Virus record (IMG/VR): IMGVR_UViG_3300005662_000008
Location: 1 to 32,490 of that record
Source of the DNA: a virus
Lineage: Duplodnaviria > Caudoviricetes
Length of the DNA stretch: 32,490 nucleotides
Strand: one strand, 5' to 3'
The position numbers and the translations under genes were made by a program. Below are positions 9,214 to 18,499 of this stretch, one piece after another. Positions within the stretch are counted from its first letter, which is position 1. Each line of letters starts with the position of its first letter. The notes under the pieces were generated by a model. It saw only the letters and a program-made list of their open reading frames with translations. It made no database searches and was not told where the DNA came from.

Positions 9214-12200
9214 TCAGTTATGATGATAGAGTTGTTCTCCATGGACAAAGGTGCGCTATCCTCGTGCAGGATGGAGTCCAAGAACGCCTCCGCTGCCGTG
9301 GTGTCGATGAGGGTGAGGTCTACGTCAATCAGCCAGCTGGTCACCCGGTTTGCGTCCTTGCCGTCGATGGTTATCTCTACGGTGTTGGCTCCGGCAACCA
9401 CGTCGGTACCAACCGCCGCTCGGATGCCTACCTCGCTCTGCACGCGCCCGCCTGAGTGATGGTGCGCGGGCGTGTGGTCCTCGCGAATGCGCACGACCGC
9501 GTTATCGCACTGGACTACGAATAGCTTCTCGATGAACTGATACTCGCCGATTCCCGTGCCCGAGTACGAGGCCACGTCAACCCCTACGAGTCGCGCCCTG
9601 ATGTGCGTAGTGATGTTGTCACGCAGGACCATCACCCCCGCTCCGGCGCCTCCTGAGTCGAGGACACCCCGTGGACTTGCGACCTCTATCGTCCTGCCGG
9701 ACGTAGTTGCGCAGAGGAGGTAGCGTTGGTGTGCCCCTAGAGAGAAGCCGCTAGTGTTGGAGGTCAGGTACACGTCCCGACCATCCGCGTACGGGAAGAT
9801 GCCGTTGGGCATCGAGGCAATTTCGCTAGCCGTCGTGCGCCGAACTGGGATGCGGATAGGCCCGGCACTACCCGGCATGCTGCGGGGAGGCCTGAAGTGC
9901 TCTCCGCTACGGAGGAAGTCACTCGCTGGGTTGGTGCCCCCGCCGCCCGTGGTGGGCCTGCTCCACCAGCACGTGGTCCCGTCCCAGTAATACCCGGCTG
10001 CCTCACAGCAGTCGGCTGTGGGAGTAGCGGCGCTGCCCGCCGGGGTCTCCCATGTGGTGCTGCCGTTAGCGTTGGTGGCCGTCAGGACGAGTTCGCAAGG
10101 CCTTCCGGGGGCTGTGAGCTTGACGTTGGTCAGGGTCTTCAGCAGGCGCGCCCTCGCGACGCCCGTGTCGTCCGGGTTGTAGTCCGCCAAGCTGACCACG
10201 CGGTAGGTCTCGTTGTCAATCCTGATGACATCGGCAAAGCTCAGGTTCCTCACATCGGCGGCGCTTAGCACTACCTCGCAATCAAGCATACGCGCCGCAG
10301 GGTCGTAGAGGTCCGTAAGGTACTGCGCCCAAAACCTGTCATAGAGGCCCTGAGCAAACTGCTCACCCACCACTAGGGTGCTGTAGCTGAAGGTGTGTCG
10401 CCAGTAGAGAGACCACGTAGAGGCCCCGATGACGCGGTCCGTGAAGGGGCTGAAGTGCGGGTACTCCGTCACGGACGTAGCCCCAACGTAGATGGGGTTG
10501 ACGATGGTCTTGAGTTCGTTATAGAATAGCAGCTTCGGCTTGGTGCTTACGGCTTCTGCCTCTCCTGTGTCCGTAGCTCCGTAGTACGTCGGTATGCTCA
10601 CCTGCGTCAGGTGAACGCTCGTGGTCACGTTGCTAGTGGTGACGGGGTACAGGGCCGTGCTGCCGCACAGGGTGGGGGTGGTTAGGTCACCCTGAGCGAA
10701 CTCATCGGCTGCGGTGAACCCGTAGTCCCCTAGCGCCATGCCGAAGTTGGCTTGGTGGTACTGGTTGAGGTAGTCGTTATCGACCCCGTCCGTGAAGCGG
10801 AGGCGCTTCTTGCGTAGGTCGGTGAGGGGTGACAGCACCATAGGTCCGTCCCGGTTGACTAGTCCGCTCCAGTCGCGCTCCTCGCCTGTGAGGAGGTAGT
10901 CCATCATCGGCTCTATCCGCACCACCCTCTCGTCCTCGCTGTCCGTGACCACTACGAGGTTGAAGCGCTCCACTAGTTCACGCAGGAACTCGGCAGCCTT
11001 GACCTGCGGAAGGCCGTCGAGCGGGGCTACGATAGCGCCCGCTGAGGAGCTGGAGTAGCTGATGAACTTGAAGTAGGTGTTCGGCGTGGCTGCAATGACG
11101 ATGTTGCCTGTGCTGAAGGCGGACCCTACGTAGACCTCCAAGTACTCACCCTGTAGCAGGCTCACCTCAGCCGTCAGAACCACCACTGGGGTTACTGCAT
11201 CGCCGGAGGCGTTGACCATGAAGGGTGCTACGGCAGCTACGGTACCTCCCTTCACAAGCCGCACATACCCCACAGAGGTCGCAGCGTAGTTGGTGCAGCA
11301 TAGCGACACCTCGAACAGGGCCGTCATGTCAGCTGGGGCGGTGAACCCATACGTGGTCATATGGGCATCGGGGTCGTAGTTACCCGCCCCGGAAGCCGTC
11401 CATCCGGTAATTTGAGCTTGGTTCCCGCTAGTTACGGTCACTCCGCTAGTCAACCCCACCCGGCTGCCATAATACGGCCTCGTTGCTAGCTCTTTGCTGG
11501 CCGTGCTGAGCAGCAAGTAGAGGTCCGTCATCGGGCTAGTGGTGAGGAAGGTGCTAGACAGCGTCATCCCCGCGTACTCAAAGCACTTCTCTATGATGTG
11601 CTTCACCTGCATCGCAGGCTTGAGGTGGTACGGCTGGAGGTAGTTAGCGCTGTTCAGGCCGTCAGGAACCCCAAAGTCATAGAACAAGCGCCCACCGGGG
11701 GTGTTGCCGTAGTCAGCCAAGGGCACCACAACCACGCCAGCCCCTACCGACCCGTTAGTGATGTCGTTAGTGGTGTCCCAGCTGTCAATCACGTTAGCCG
11801 CCGTGGGTGCGTAGTCGTAGTCATCCAGCCCTATCGGAGACATGGCGGTGAGCACCTCGCTTAGGGTGGCGTCCGCCAGCTTGTTGAATAGCTCTCCTGT
11901 GGTGCCGAGGACGCTCACCTCGTACGTCTCAGCCGTCAAGCTCACTGACCTCAGCTGGAGGTAGCCCTCCGTGACTATCATCCCCTCGCTGCGCACCTCC
12001 GCTCGCGTGCGCACGTCAGCCGCGAACGTGCCTGACACGAGGTTCACGGAGTACCAATGGCCGAAGAACACGTTGTTCTTGGCGCTGAATGGGAGGGTGA
12101 ACGCTCCGCTGTAGGGCGCCTGTCGCGTGAGGGGTGCGCCGGGGTCCGCGAACGCGAAGTTCAGGCGCACGCTCGTCTCATCGCCTAGGTCGAGGTTTAC

Positions 12201-12242
12201 GGGAACCTCCCCCGCCTGCGTGTAAGCTACCAGCTGAATCAT
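9210..12242 (-). CDS. Large tail/baseplate hub-like protein
   Basis: 1010 aa; N-terminal YSGAFTLPFSAKNNVFF and GYLQLRSV; FLRELVERFNLVV; position in tail module. Confidence 0.7.
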   Translation of the reverse strand: MIQLVAYTQAGEVPVNLDLGDETSVRLNFAFADPGAPLTRQAPYSGAFTLPFSAKNNVFFGHWYSVNLVSGTFAADVRTRAEVRSEGMIVTEGYLQLRSVSLTAETYEVSVLGTTGELFNKLADATLSEVLTAMSPIGLDDYDYAPTAANVIDSWDTTNDITNGSVGAGVVVVPLADYGNTPGGRLFYDFGVPDGLNSANYLQPYHLKPAMQVKHIIEKCFEYAGMTLSSTFLTTSPMTDLYLLLSTASKELATRPYYGSRVGLTSGVTVTSGNQAQITGWTASGAGNYDPDAHMTTYGFTAPADMTALFEVSLCCTNYAATSVGYVRLVKGGTVAAVAPFMVNASGDAVTPVVVLTAEVSLLQGEYLEVYVGSAFSTGNIVIAATPNTYFKFISYSSSSAGAIVAPLDGLPQVKAAEFLRELVERFNLVVVTDSEDERVVRIEPMMDYLLTGEERDWSGLVNRDGPMVLSPLTDLRKKRLRFTDGVDNDYLNQYHQANFGMALGDYGFTAADEFAQGDLTTPTLCGSTALYPVTTSNVTTSVHLTQVSIPTYYGATDTGEAEAVSTKPKLLFYNELKTIVNPIYVGATSVTEYPHFSPFTDRVIGASTWSLYWRHTFSYSTLVVGEQFAQGLYDRFWAQYLTDLYDPAARMLDCEVVLSAADVRNLSFADVIRIDNETYRVVSLADYNPDDTGVARARLLKTLTNVKLTAPGRPCELVLTATNANGSTTWETPAGSAATPTADCCEAAGYYWDGTTCWWSRPTTGGGGTNPASDFLRSGEHFRPPRSMPGSAGPIRIPVRRTTASEIASMPNGIFPYADGRDVYLTSNTSGFSLGAHQRYLLCATTSGRTIEVASPRGVLDSGGAGAGVMVLRDNITTHIRARLVGVDVASYSGTGIGEYQFIEKLFVVQCDNAVVRIREDHTPAHHHSGGRVQSEVGIRAAVGTDVVAGANTVEITIDGKDANRVTSWLIDVDLTLIDTTAAEAFLDSILHEDSAPLSMENNSIIITE

Positions 12243-13615
12243 CGGTTGCGGCGATACTTAGCGTACTGAACGCTGATGGAGTATTTGAACAGGCGGTCAT
12301 TCAGGGCCGTCTTAAGCGTGAATGAGGTGTCTTTAACGCTGACCCTAGTCCAAGCCCCGACAGCGTCAGGACGGGCAAGAAACACGGCATCTGAGGCAAA
12401 CAAGGACTCCAACAGGGCCGCGTCAGCGTCACTCACCCAGTCCGTGGTGAGGTTGGCGGTACGGTAACCGGTCGATTTGAAGGTGGTTTTACCGCCCTCT
12501 ACGTCGCTGAAGGGTTGGAAGTCCTGAGCACGCTGCCACGTACCCGCGTCCTTGTAGTAGCTGGACTGCGTGACCTCGTTGCTGTACTCCCTCCGCTTGG
12601 TGAAGTTGAAGTAGTCCCAGCCTCCAGCCCGGTTAATCCACCCGAGGGTCACAGGCGCCCCGTTGTAGCAGTCCAAGTCCACTACCTCAGTAACGAGGTT
12701 GTAGCTGCACGCGACATTGCTAGCGTCAAACAGGCGCATCTCGTAGCGCGTGACATAGCCAGCGGTGATGAGGGAGTGCAGGCCGCTGTCCCCGTTCAGG
12801 ATGAAGCTACCCGGTGCCGTGATGGCTACGGCGGTCATCTGCTCGTTTGTGGTTACGGACGTAGCGGCAACCCCTACCATACTGCTCAGAGTGATTGTCT
12901 CAGTCACCTGCACGTTGGTGTCCGTGCGGTAGTAGCTTGTCTTGAGGGTTCGCGCCGTGCTCCCGAGCGAGCGCCCTGTGCCCGTGTTAGCGGCGTACCA
13001 AAAGCAGTGGACGCGGTAGTCCTGCTTCGTGCAGCGCTGCTTGAGCACTACGCCGCCAAGCTGGGTAGTTTCCGTAATCGGCGTAATCTCCGTAAGCCAC
13101 CCCACCCCGGTAGTGGCCCCTGCGGTTACGCACCGCCATGAAGCCGTGGCTACTCCCTTCAGGGTCACCCCCCTCCATCGCGCGTCGCCCTCGTCGCCCG
13201 CGAACCACACCGCGTTCACCTTGACGTTAGTATGGTCGTAGGTGGTGGTTGGTGGGGTAAGCATGTCGGGGGCCTCTGCGCTGCCCAAGTCCACCTGAAA
13301 CAACCCGGCTGGGGCGTACCCTAGGCTGGTCAGCGTGACCCTCTCATCGGCGTACTCCGGGGCCGCAGCGGCATTGAGCACGAGCGGGTGGTTGAGGTAG
13401 TCGCGGATGACCCGCTGGAGGTCGAAAATACCGTCATCGACCGCGTTAGGCGGGCACCTGAGGATGACGAGCACGTTACCCGCCCCGTCCTTGACGCGGC
13501 ACACGTACCTGAACTTGGGGGCTGAGACGCTGGGGGCGGACAGCCGGAACACCACAGGCCCGAATGCGCTTACGGGGGTGTTGGTTAGGGGCTGCTCTTC
13601 TATGGTTACGGCCAT
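12239..13615 (-). CDS. Tail protein (distal-tail-like)
   Basis: 458 aa; WINRAGGWDYFNF and LTTDWVSDADAALLESLFAS motifs; tail module. Confidence 0.6.
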   Translation of the reverse strand: MAVTIEEQPLTNTPVSAFGPVVFRLSAPSVSAPKFRYVCRVKDGAGNVLVILRCPPNAVDDGIFDLQRVIRDYLNHPLVLNAAAAPEYADERVTLTSLGYAPAGLFQVDLGSAEAPDMLTPPTTTYDHTNVKVNAVWFAGDEGDARWRGVTLKGVATASWRCVTAGATTGVGWLTEITPITETTQLGGVVLKQRCTKQDYRVHCFWYAANTGTGRSLGSTARTLKTSYYRTDTNVQVTETITLSSMVGVAATSVTTNEQMTAVAITAPGSFILNGDSGLHSLITAGYVTRYEMRLFDASNVACSYNLVTEVVDLDCYNGAPVTLGWINRAGGWDYFNFTKRREYSNEVTQSSYYKDAGTWQRAQDFQPFSDVEGGKTTFKSTGYRTANLTTDWVSDADAALLESLFASDAVFLARPDAVGAWTRVSVKDTSFTLKTALNDRLFKYSISVQYAKYRRNR

Positions 13616-13635
13616 GATTTCGGGGTGGTTTTTGC

Positions 13636-13789
13636 AGGAGTTTGAGAAGAGTGCGAAACTCTTACCGAAGAGTTTTCACTCTTGCAATAAGAGTGCAGAA
13701 CTCTTGCAGGCGCTAGTTCTCTACTCACCGAAGAGTTCGGAACTCTTGCAAGAAGAGTTTGCACTCTTGCATAAGAGTATGCACAGAGT
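13636..13789. repeat. Phased AAGAGT/ACTCTT array B (dyad-symmetric about ~13718)
   Basis: Hexamers at 13636*, 13647, 13658, 13668, 13678, 13689, 13700, [25-bp core], 13731, 13742, 13753, 13763, 13773, 13784*. Confidence 0.92.
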
Positions 13790-13792
13790 AGG

Positions 13793-14389
13793 TTATTCAC
13801 CGGATTTCTCGTTAGCGGATTGCATGATGGCCTCAGTGAGGTCCTCCACGTAAGCTATGGCTATCTCACCAGCGTACTTCTTCTCGATTCGGGCGCCTGT
13901 GTCCGTGATGAAGTGGCTAGGCTTGAGGCCGCGCCTGCGGATGGACTGGGCGATGAGCATGGCGAGGGTGTCGTGGCTCATGGCCTTGAAGCGCCCGCCC
14001 TCCCCACGCGGCTTGATGCCTCGCTCGCGCATCCACGTGCGTATGACCGCGACCGGAGGGGCCTTGTCCCTGAACTGGAAGGGAGGCCCGCCTGTGGGGT
14101 TCTCCCCCTGACGAGGCCCGAAGGGGCTGCTCACTGCGCCCCTTACGCCGCTATCGACGAATATCCAGTAGTGGACCTTGGGGGTGAGGTTGACCATCGG
14201 GTTGCCGTCCGGGTCTAACATCAGCTCCGGCGTCATGCTCCTAGTGAGAGCGCCGCTGGCGTTGCGGTCGTCACGCCTGAGCTTCCCCTGCGCGTTACGC
14301 TTCCACAGGAGCGCAAGCCGCATAAGGACCGCGCTGGTCCGGGTGAGGGTTATTTCAATCCCCTCTACGGTAGTGACGAGAACCTCCAC
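13793..14389 (-). CDS. Putative neck/tail-completion protein (HK97 gp10-like)
   Basis: Basic 198 aa; ASGALTRS, YWIFVDSGVRG and IAQSIRRRGLKPSHF motifs; GTG start. Confidence 0.55.
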   Translation of the reverse strand: MEVLVTTVEGIEITLTRTSAVLMRLALLWKRNAQGKLRRDDRNASGALTRSMTPELMLDPDGNPMVNLTPKVHYWIFVDSGVRGAVSSPFGPRQGENPTGGPPFQFRDKAPPVAVIRTWMRERGIKPRGEGGRFKAMSHDTLAMLIAQSIRRRGLKPSHFITDTGARIEKKYAGEIAIAYVEDLTEAIMQSANEKSGE

Positions 14390-14395
14390 TAGACA

Positions 14396-14866
14396 TCACC
14401 CTAGGGGAACCAAACAGAGGTCATTCTCGTTACCCCATTCCAGCGAGACGGTAGTGGCGTACCCCACCAGCAGGTTGTCCATCCGTACGAAGAACGGCTC
14501 GCACATCACGGGTAGCGCCAGCGTCACGCCCTCGCGAAAGAGGTCACTAGACAGGTGGTGCTTCAGCCACGCTATGGTGTCCTTCATCAGGTAGAGCTGA
14601 TTGCTCAGCACCTCGATTCGCTGCTCCTCAGAGGGTGGCTGGAGGGTGGCGATGATGATGTCGATGTCCATGGTGATGGACCCCTCGTCTAGGGTGGCTG
14701 TTCCGGGGGTGATGTACAGCAGCGGGTGGTCAGCGGCGCTTAACTTGGCGATGTCAGCCTCGTCAGTAGGGCCTACCCCGAAGCCGTTGATTTGCTCGTG
14801 GTCGGCCGCGAATGCCCGGAAGCCCTCGATTAGCTGGTAGAGGTTGGTGCTCTGATTAGGTGTCAT
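14396..14866 (-). CDS. Putative tail terminator-like protein
   Basis: Acidic 156 aa; HPLLYITP and CEPFFVRMDNLLVGY motifs; position among neck genes. Confidence 0.5.
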   Translation of the reverse strand: MTPNQSTNLYQLIEGFRAFAADHEQINGFGVGPTDEADIAKLSAADHPLLYITPGTATLDEGSITMDIDIIIATLQPPSEEQRIEVLSNQLYLMKDTIAWLKHHLSSDLFREGVTLALPVMCEPFFVRMDNLLVGYATTVSLEWGNENDLCLVPLG

Positions 14867-15556
14867 TAGGCATCTTGTTACGCTTCAATATATCTAGGTC
14901 TAGTTCGTAGCATAGGAACGTGAAGGCCTCCCGCACCTTGAGGTTGGTCACGGCCTCTATGCGTAGCGCGTCACCCTGCGCTAGGTGGTAAATCGTCGCA
15001 TACCAGCCCCACTTCTCACCCAGCTTGCTCCCTCCTTCTCCATCAAAGATTGGCTCAAAGTCCCGGCGCAGTCCGTTGCGAAATTCAAAAAAAAAGCAAG
15101 CGCCCCTAGGATGACCTCCATCCGCAACAAGCGAAACGACTCCACCTCCTCCACCCCAGCGTACGGGGTAATTTCGTACGCGTCTCCGCGCTTGAAAACC
15201 ACTGGCCTATACAGCACACTGGCAAAGGCCACGAGGTTAGCGTAGAGGTCCTGACAGATGGTCTCTAGGTCAGCGTACTCACCTACCGTCATGGCGCTCA
15301 GGTTGGGGTTGAAGCCGTAGGTGACACCCCCGTGCTCAAACGTGCGCACGAGGGGCCATGTGCGGTCGTCGCTAGGGTCGAACTTGCCCATAACCTCAAT
15401 GACCTTCTCTAGGCTGGCAAGGTCTAGGTAGTTGATGAACTCTCGCGTTACGCCACACGCGATAGCCACCTGCTCAATGGGGTCGTCCGTGTTGTGGATG
15501 GCTTGGAACTGCTCTATGGTCAACTCGCCTAGATGGTCAGGGACGGTAATCTTCAT
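14856..15556 (-). CDS. Tail assembly chaperone, -1 frameshifted long form (GT-like)
   Basis: T9 slippery run at 15087-15095; the -1 frame is open for 79 codons (FFFEFRNGLRRDFEPIF...KWGWYATIYHLAQGD...MPNDT*) and ends overlapping the next start. Confidence 0.75.
14981..15556 (-). CDS. Tail assembly chaperone, short form (G-like)
   Basis: Start MKITVPDH at 15556 in ATGA overlap with the TerL stop; YGFNPNLSAMTVGEYADLE; GALAFFL at the slip site. Confidence 0.7.
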   Translation of the reverse strand: MKITVPDHLGELTIEQFQAIHNTDDPIEQVAIACGVTREFINYLDLASLEKVIEVMGKFDPSDDRTWPLVRTFEHGGVTYGFNPNLSAMTVGEYADLETICQDLYANLVAFASVLYRPVVFKRGDAYEITPYAGVEEVESFRLLRMEVILGALAFFLNFATDCAGTLSQSLMEKEGASWVRSGAGMRRFTT

Positions 15557-16710
15557 CGGATGTGGTATTTCCCGCTGAGGGAGGTGGTTAGCTTGTTTAG
15601 GCAAACATAGCGCACAGCGTCTATGGCGTGGTTCATGGCATCGAGGGGCTGGTTCAGCTGGCGCTCGTTCTTGTCCGTCATCCACTTGTAGTTCCGCATC
15701 TCCTTAGTGAGGTTGAGGCTCCGTGGGGTGACGTGTAGCACGTGCCGCTTCATCACGTCTATGCCTAGCCGGATGCTGTCAGGCCCCTTCTTGCTAGGCT
15801 TGATGTTGAACCCGTGGCGGTGTAGCTCTTCTATGGACTTGGGTTCAGCGCTATCGGCAATGATTTCAGCCCGGTCGGGGAGCACCTCGTTTAGCTCCCT
15901 CACTAGGTCCGGGTTGGTCATCTGCGTGCGGTAGAACAGCTCATCTAGGTAGAGGTGGTGGTCTAGCTTGTAGACGGCAACCACTGCCGTAGGGTCATTG
16001 GTGAAGCCCCAATCTAGGCCGACCCCTACCAGCTTGGCTGCGGGGTCAATCTCGCTAGCCTCCCATGCCGGGAAGATGACGTTCTGCGACACCCCACGCA
16101 TCCCTAGGCCGTAGATGCGCCAGTAGTTCTCGTCTGTCTCGCGCAGGCGCTCAATCTCTGTGATGACCTCCGGCTCTAGGTAGGGGTTGTCTAGGTAGGT
16201 GGTCTGAAAGAACTCCGCGTCCTCCCTAGGGATGAGGTCGTCGTAAATCCAGTGGAACTCGTCAGCTGGGTTGTAGTCGATGATGGCCCGGTCGGTCGTA
16301 CGCAGGATGAGCTGCCGCCAGTCCTCCCTCGTTAGCTCAGTGGCCTCGTTGACGAATAGGATATTGCGCTTGCGCCCCCTGACCTTAGCGGGTTGGTCGA
16401 TGCTGATGAACTCCACTAGGTTGCCGAACAGGTGGTAGGTGTTCTCGGACTTGTTGTGGAGGTTGGGGTGGTACCAGTCCTGCCCCTCCAGTACCGTGAT
16501 GAAGTCCCTAAGCACGGAAGCCCTCAAGCTAGGGAAGGTCTTACGCGCGATGGTGATGGTCCACCCAGCGTTAGCGTTCATCCAGCACCACTCACACAGC
16601 GCTTGGACTATGCTGAAGGTCTTGCCGCTACGGGTGCCCCCCTGATGTATCTGAATCTTGGCCCGACTGGTTTTGACGTGGTAGTACGTGGCGGGTTGCT
16701 TCCGATTCAT
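15553..16710 (-). CDS. terL: Terminase large subunit (PBSX-like)
   Basis: Walker A QGGTRSGKT, Walker B LFVNEATEL, DYNP, GLDWGFTNDP, ADSAEPKSI and NHAIDAVRY. Confidence 0.95.
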   Translation of the reverse strand: MNRKQPATYYHVKTSRAKIQIHQGGTRSGKTFSIVQALCEWCWMNANAGWTITIARKTFPSLRASVLRDFITVLEGQDWYHPNLHNKSENTYHLFGNLVEFISIDQPAKVRGRKRNILFVNEATELTREDWRQLILRTTDRAIIDYNPADEFHWIYDDLIPREDAEFFQTTYLDNPYLEPEVITEIERLRETDENYWRIYGLGMRGVSQNVIFPAWEASEIDPAAKLVGVGLDWGFTNDPTAVVAVYKLDHHLYLDELFYRTQMTNPDLVRELNEVLPDRAEIIADSAEPKSIEELHRHGFNIKPSKKGPDSIRLGIDVMKRHVLHVTPRSLNLTKEMRNYKWMTDKNERQLNQPLDAMNHAIDAVRYVCLNKLTTSLSGKYHIR

Positions 16711-16715
16711 CCGTC

Positions 16716-17360
16716 TCAGGCATTTTGAGCTAGCGCCTTTGAACGATTAGGCCCGTTCCACACCAGCCCTACCCTATGGTCAGGATTGCGCCATCTGCAC
16801 GCTAGCAAATCATTTGCGCTGGCGTTGACGTATCCGGCTGCTTCGAGGGCCTCCACGGAGTCGAATATCCGCGCGTGGCGGTCCTTGGTGAGGTCCACGA
16901 GGTCATCGCGGGTGCCCCCTAAGCTAAACACCACGCTGAGGTTGTCCGGTATGTGGAGCACCTCCTTGAACAGCGGCACCGACTTGGTGTAGGTGTAGAA
17001 GCGAACGTGGGGGCTGTTCTCGATGACATGGAACCACTTGTCCCGGTACTCGCGGCTGTACCAGTCGCCCGCGTCATGCACACGAAGGTAGGTGGGCTTG
17101 CGCTCCTGAATCTCCTTGAGCATCAGGGTAGGGAAGTCAGGCCGCAGGGTCGCCTCGTAACGCTTGCGGTAGACGGGTGCGACGTTGCTCCACAGGTAGG
17201 CCCCGCGCTTGGCGTAGCAGTACTGCTGGCAGGCTCCCGCGAACGGGCACGTGCGTTTGCCCTCAGGGGTCTCTAGGGCAGGGATGCCGAAGTTCATGAC
17301 GCGCTCCCCGGTCAGCTTGCTAGCGTGCCGCAGGGCGGAGTTTTGGCTAAGCAGTTTCAT
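16716..17360 (-). CDS. GP88-like protein (Cys-triad, radical-SAM-like)
   Basis: TCPFAGACQQYCYA, RVHDAGDWYS and FYTYTKS motifs match my recollection of the phage GP88 family. Confidence 0.7.
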   Translation of the reverse strand: MKLLSQNSALRHASKLTGERVMNFGIPALETPEGKRTCPFAGACQQYCYAKRGAYLWSNVAPVYRKRYEATLRPDFPTLMLKEIQERKPTYLRVHDAGDWYSREYRDKWFHVIENSPHVRFYTYTKSVPLFKEVLHIPDNLSVVFSLGGTRDDLVDLTKDRHARIFDSVEALEAAGYVNASANDLLACRWRNPDHRVGLVWNGPNRSKALAQNA

Positions 17361-17691
17361 CGAACCACGTGGGCTTAGTGAGCGGTTGACCAGCCGTGGT
17401 GATGTCGGTGGTCTCTACGTAGCCCCGCGCCTTGCCTTTGGTCTTCAGGTAGAAGATGGTGGCTGTGGCATTGCCCTCTTGGATGAGCTTGTGGAGGTTG
17501 CTCTCAGCGAAGTCCACGGCCACATCGGCCAGCTCCTTTACTGCGGACGCATACTCCGCATCCTCCCGTAGCCAGCGGTAGTGGGTATCGCGGCTCACAT
17601 TCACGGCCTTGCAGGCGGTCGTTACCACTCCTAGGCTCTGCTCTAGCGCCTTAAGCAGTTTCTCTTTTATTGTGTCTGATTTGTCAGGCAT
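17347..17691 (-). CDS. terS: Terminase small subunit (HTH-type)
   Basis: LGVVTTACKAVNVSRDTHYRWL helix-turn-helix; ATIFYLKTKGKARGYVE; upstream of TerL. Confidence 0.75.
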   Translation of the reverse strand: MPDKSDTIKEKLLKALEQSLGVVTTACKAVNVSRDTHYRWLREDAEYASAVKELADVAVDFAESNLHKLIQEGNATATIFYLKTKGKARGYVETTDITTAGQPLTKPTWFDETA

Positions 17692-18499
17692 CTAGGAACG
17701 CTTTTAGGGAGTAGACGATGAGGGAGTTGCGGTAGCCACCTTGCTCGTGGGGTTGGATGGGAGTGACCCCGTGGACGTTCCTCCACGCAGGGTAGACGAG
17801 CATGCTGTTGTCGGGTTGCTCGAAGGTAGCCCCGTAGTCGGGCACGTTTAGACACCCCCCTTGGCTGTTGGAGCGCTTAGTGTAGATGAAGTTCAGGCTA
17901 CCTACGATGTTGCCTGTGTCCACGTGGAACGGGGCTGCCGCGTTGTAGTTGCTGATGCTGGAGGTGAAGTGCTTGCCGAACCGCCACTTGTCATCCACCG
18001 GGGCGATGGCCTCCAGCTGTTGCTGATGCAGTTCAGGGCTGAGTTCCTCTAGCAGGGTCATCCCTAGTTGGCTGATGGCTATCATGGCCTTCACGAAGGT
18101 CTGCGCCTTGGGGTCGCGGTGGGTGCTTGCGTACCCCGGCTTGAGCCTGCGCACACGAGGGTTAGGCTTGATGCTCCCCAGTAGGGTGCTGTACTGCATG
18201 ACCCCTTCGCCTTGCTCGCCCAGCTCCTTGAGGGTACGCCCGGACTCTGTGGCAGCGGTGATGGCTTGGGTGCGGTGGAGGGTGGCTTTAGGGACCCGCT
18301 CGCTGCGGAACTCCTTGTTGGCCACGTCTAGGACGGCCCCCATCCGTACGTCATAGTCGTTCACGTTGCGCACGTACAGGCCTACGGGCTTCCCGTCCTC
18401 GACTAGGAGGCAGTCCTCGTGGATGTTGGGTTCAATGTACACACAGCGCTCACCCACCTTCACCTCGTGGGGCACCTTGGTCAACTCGAGTATTCGCAT
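17684..18499 (-). CDS. TET/JBP-family 2-oxoglutarate/Fe(II) dioxygenase
   Basis: FTSSISNYN-AAPF-HVD (HxD); GGCLNVPDY; distal HGVTPI...YRNSLIVY (H...RxS). Confidence 0.85.
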   Translation of the reverse strand: MRILELTKVPHEVKVGERCVYIEPNIHEDCLLVEDGKPVGLYVRNVNDYDVRMGAVLDVANKEFRSERVPKATLHRTQAITAATESGRTLKELGEQGEGVMQYSTLLGSIKPNPRVRRLKPGYASTHRDPKAQTFVKAMIAISQLGMTLLEELSPELHQQQLEAIAPVDDKWRFGKHFTSSISNYNAAAPFHVDTGNIVGSLNFIYTKRSNSQGGCLNVPDYGATFEQPDNSMLVYPAWRNVHGVTPIQPHEQGGYRNSLIVYSLKAFLDA

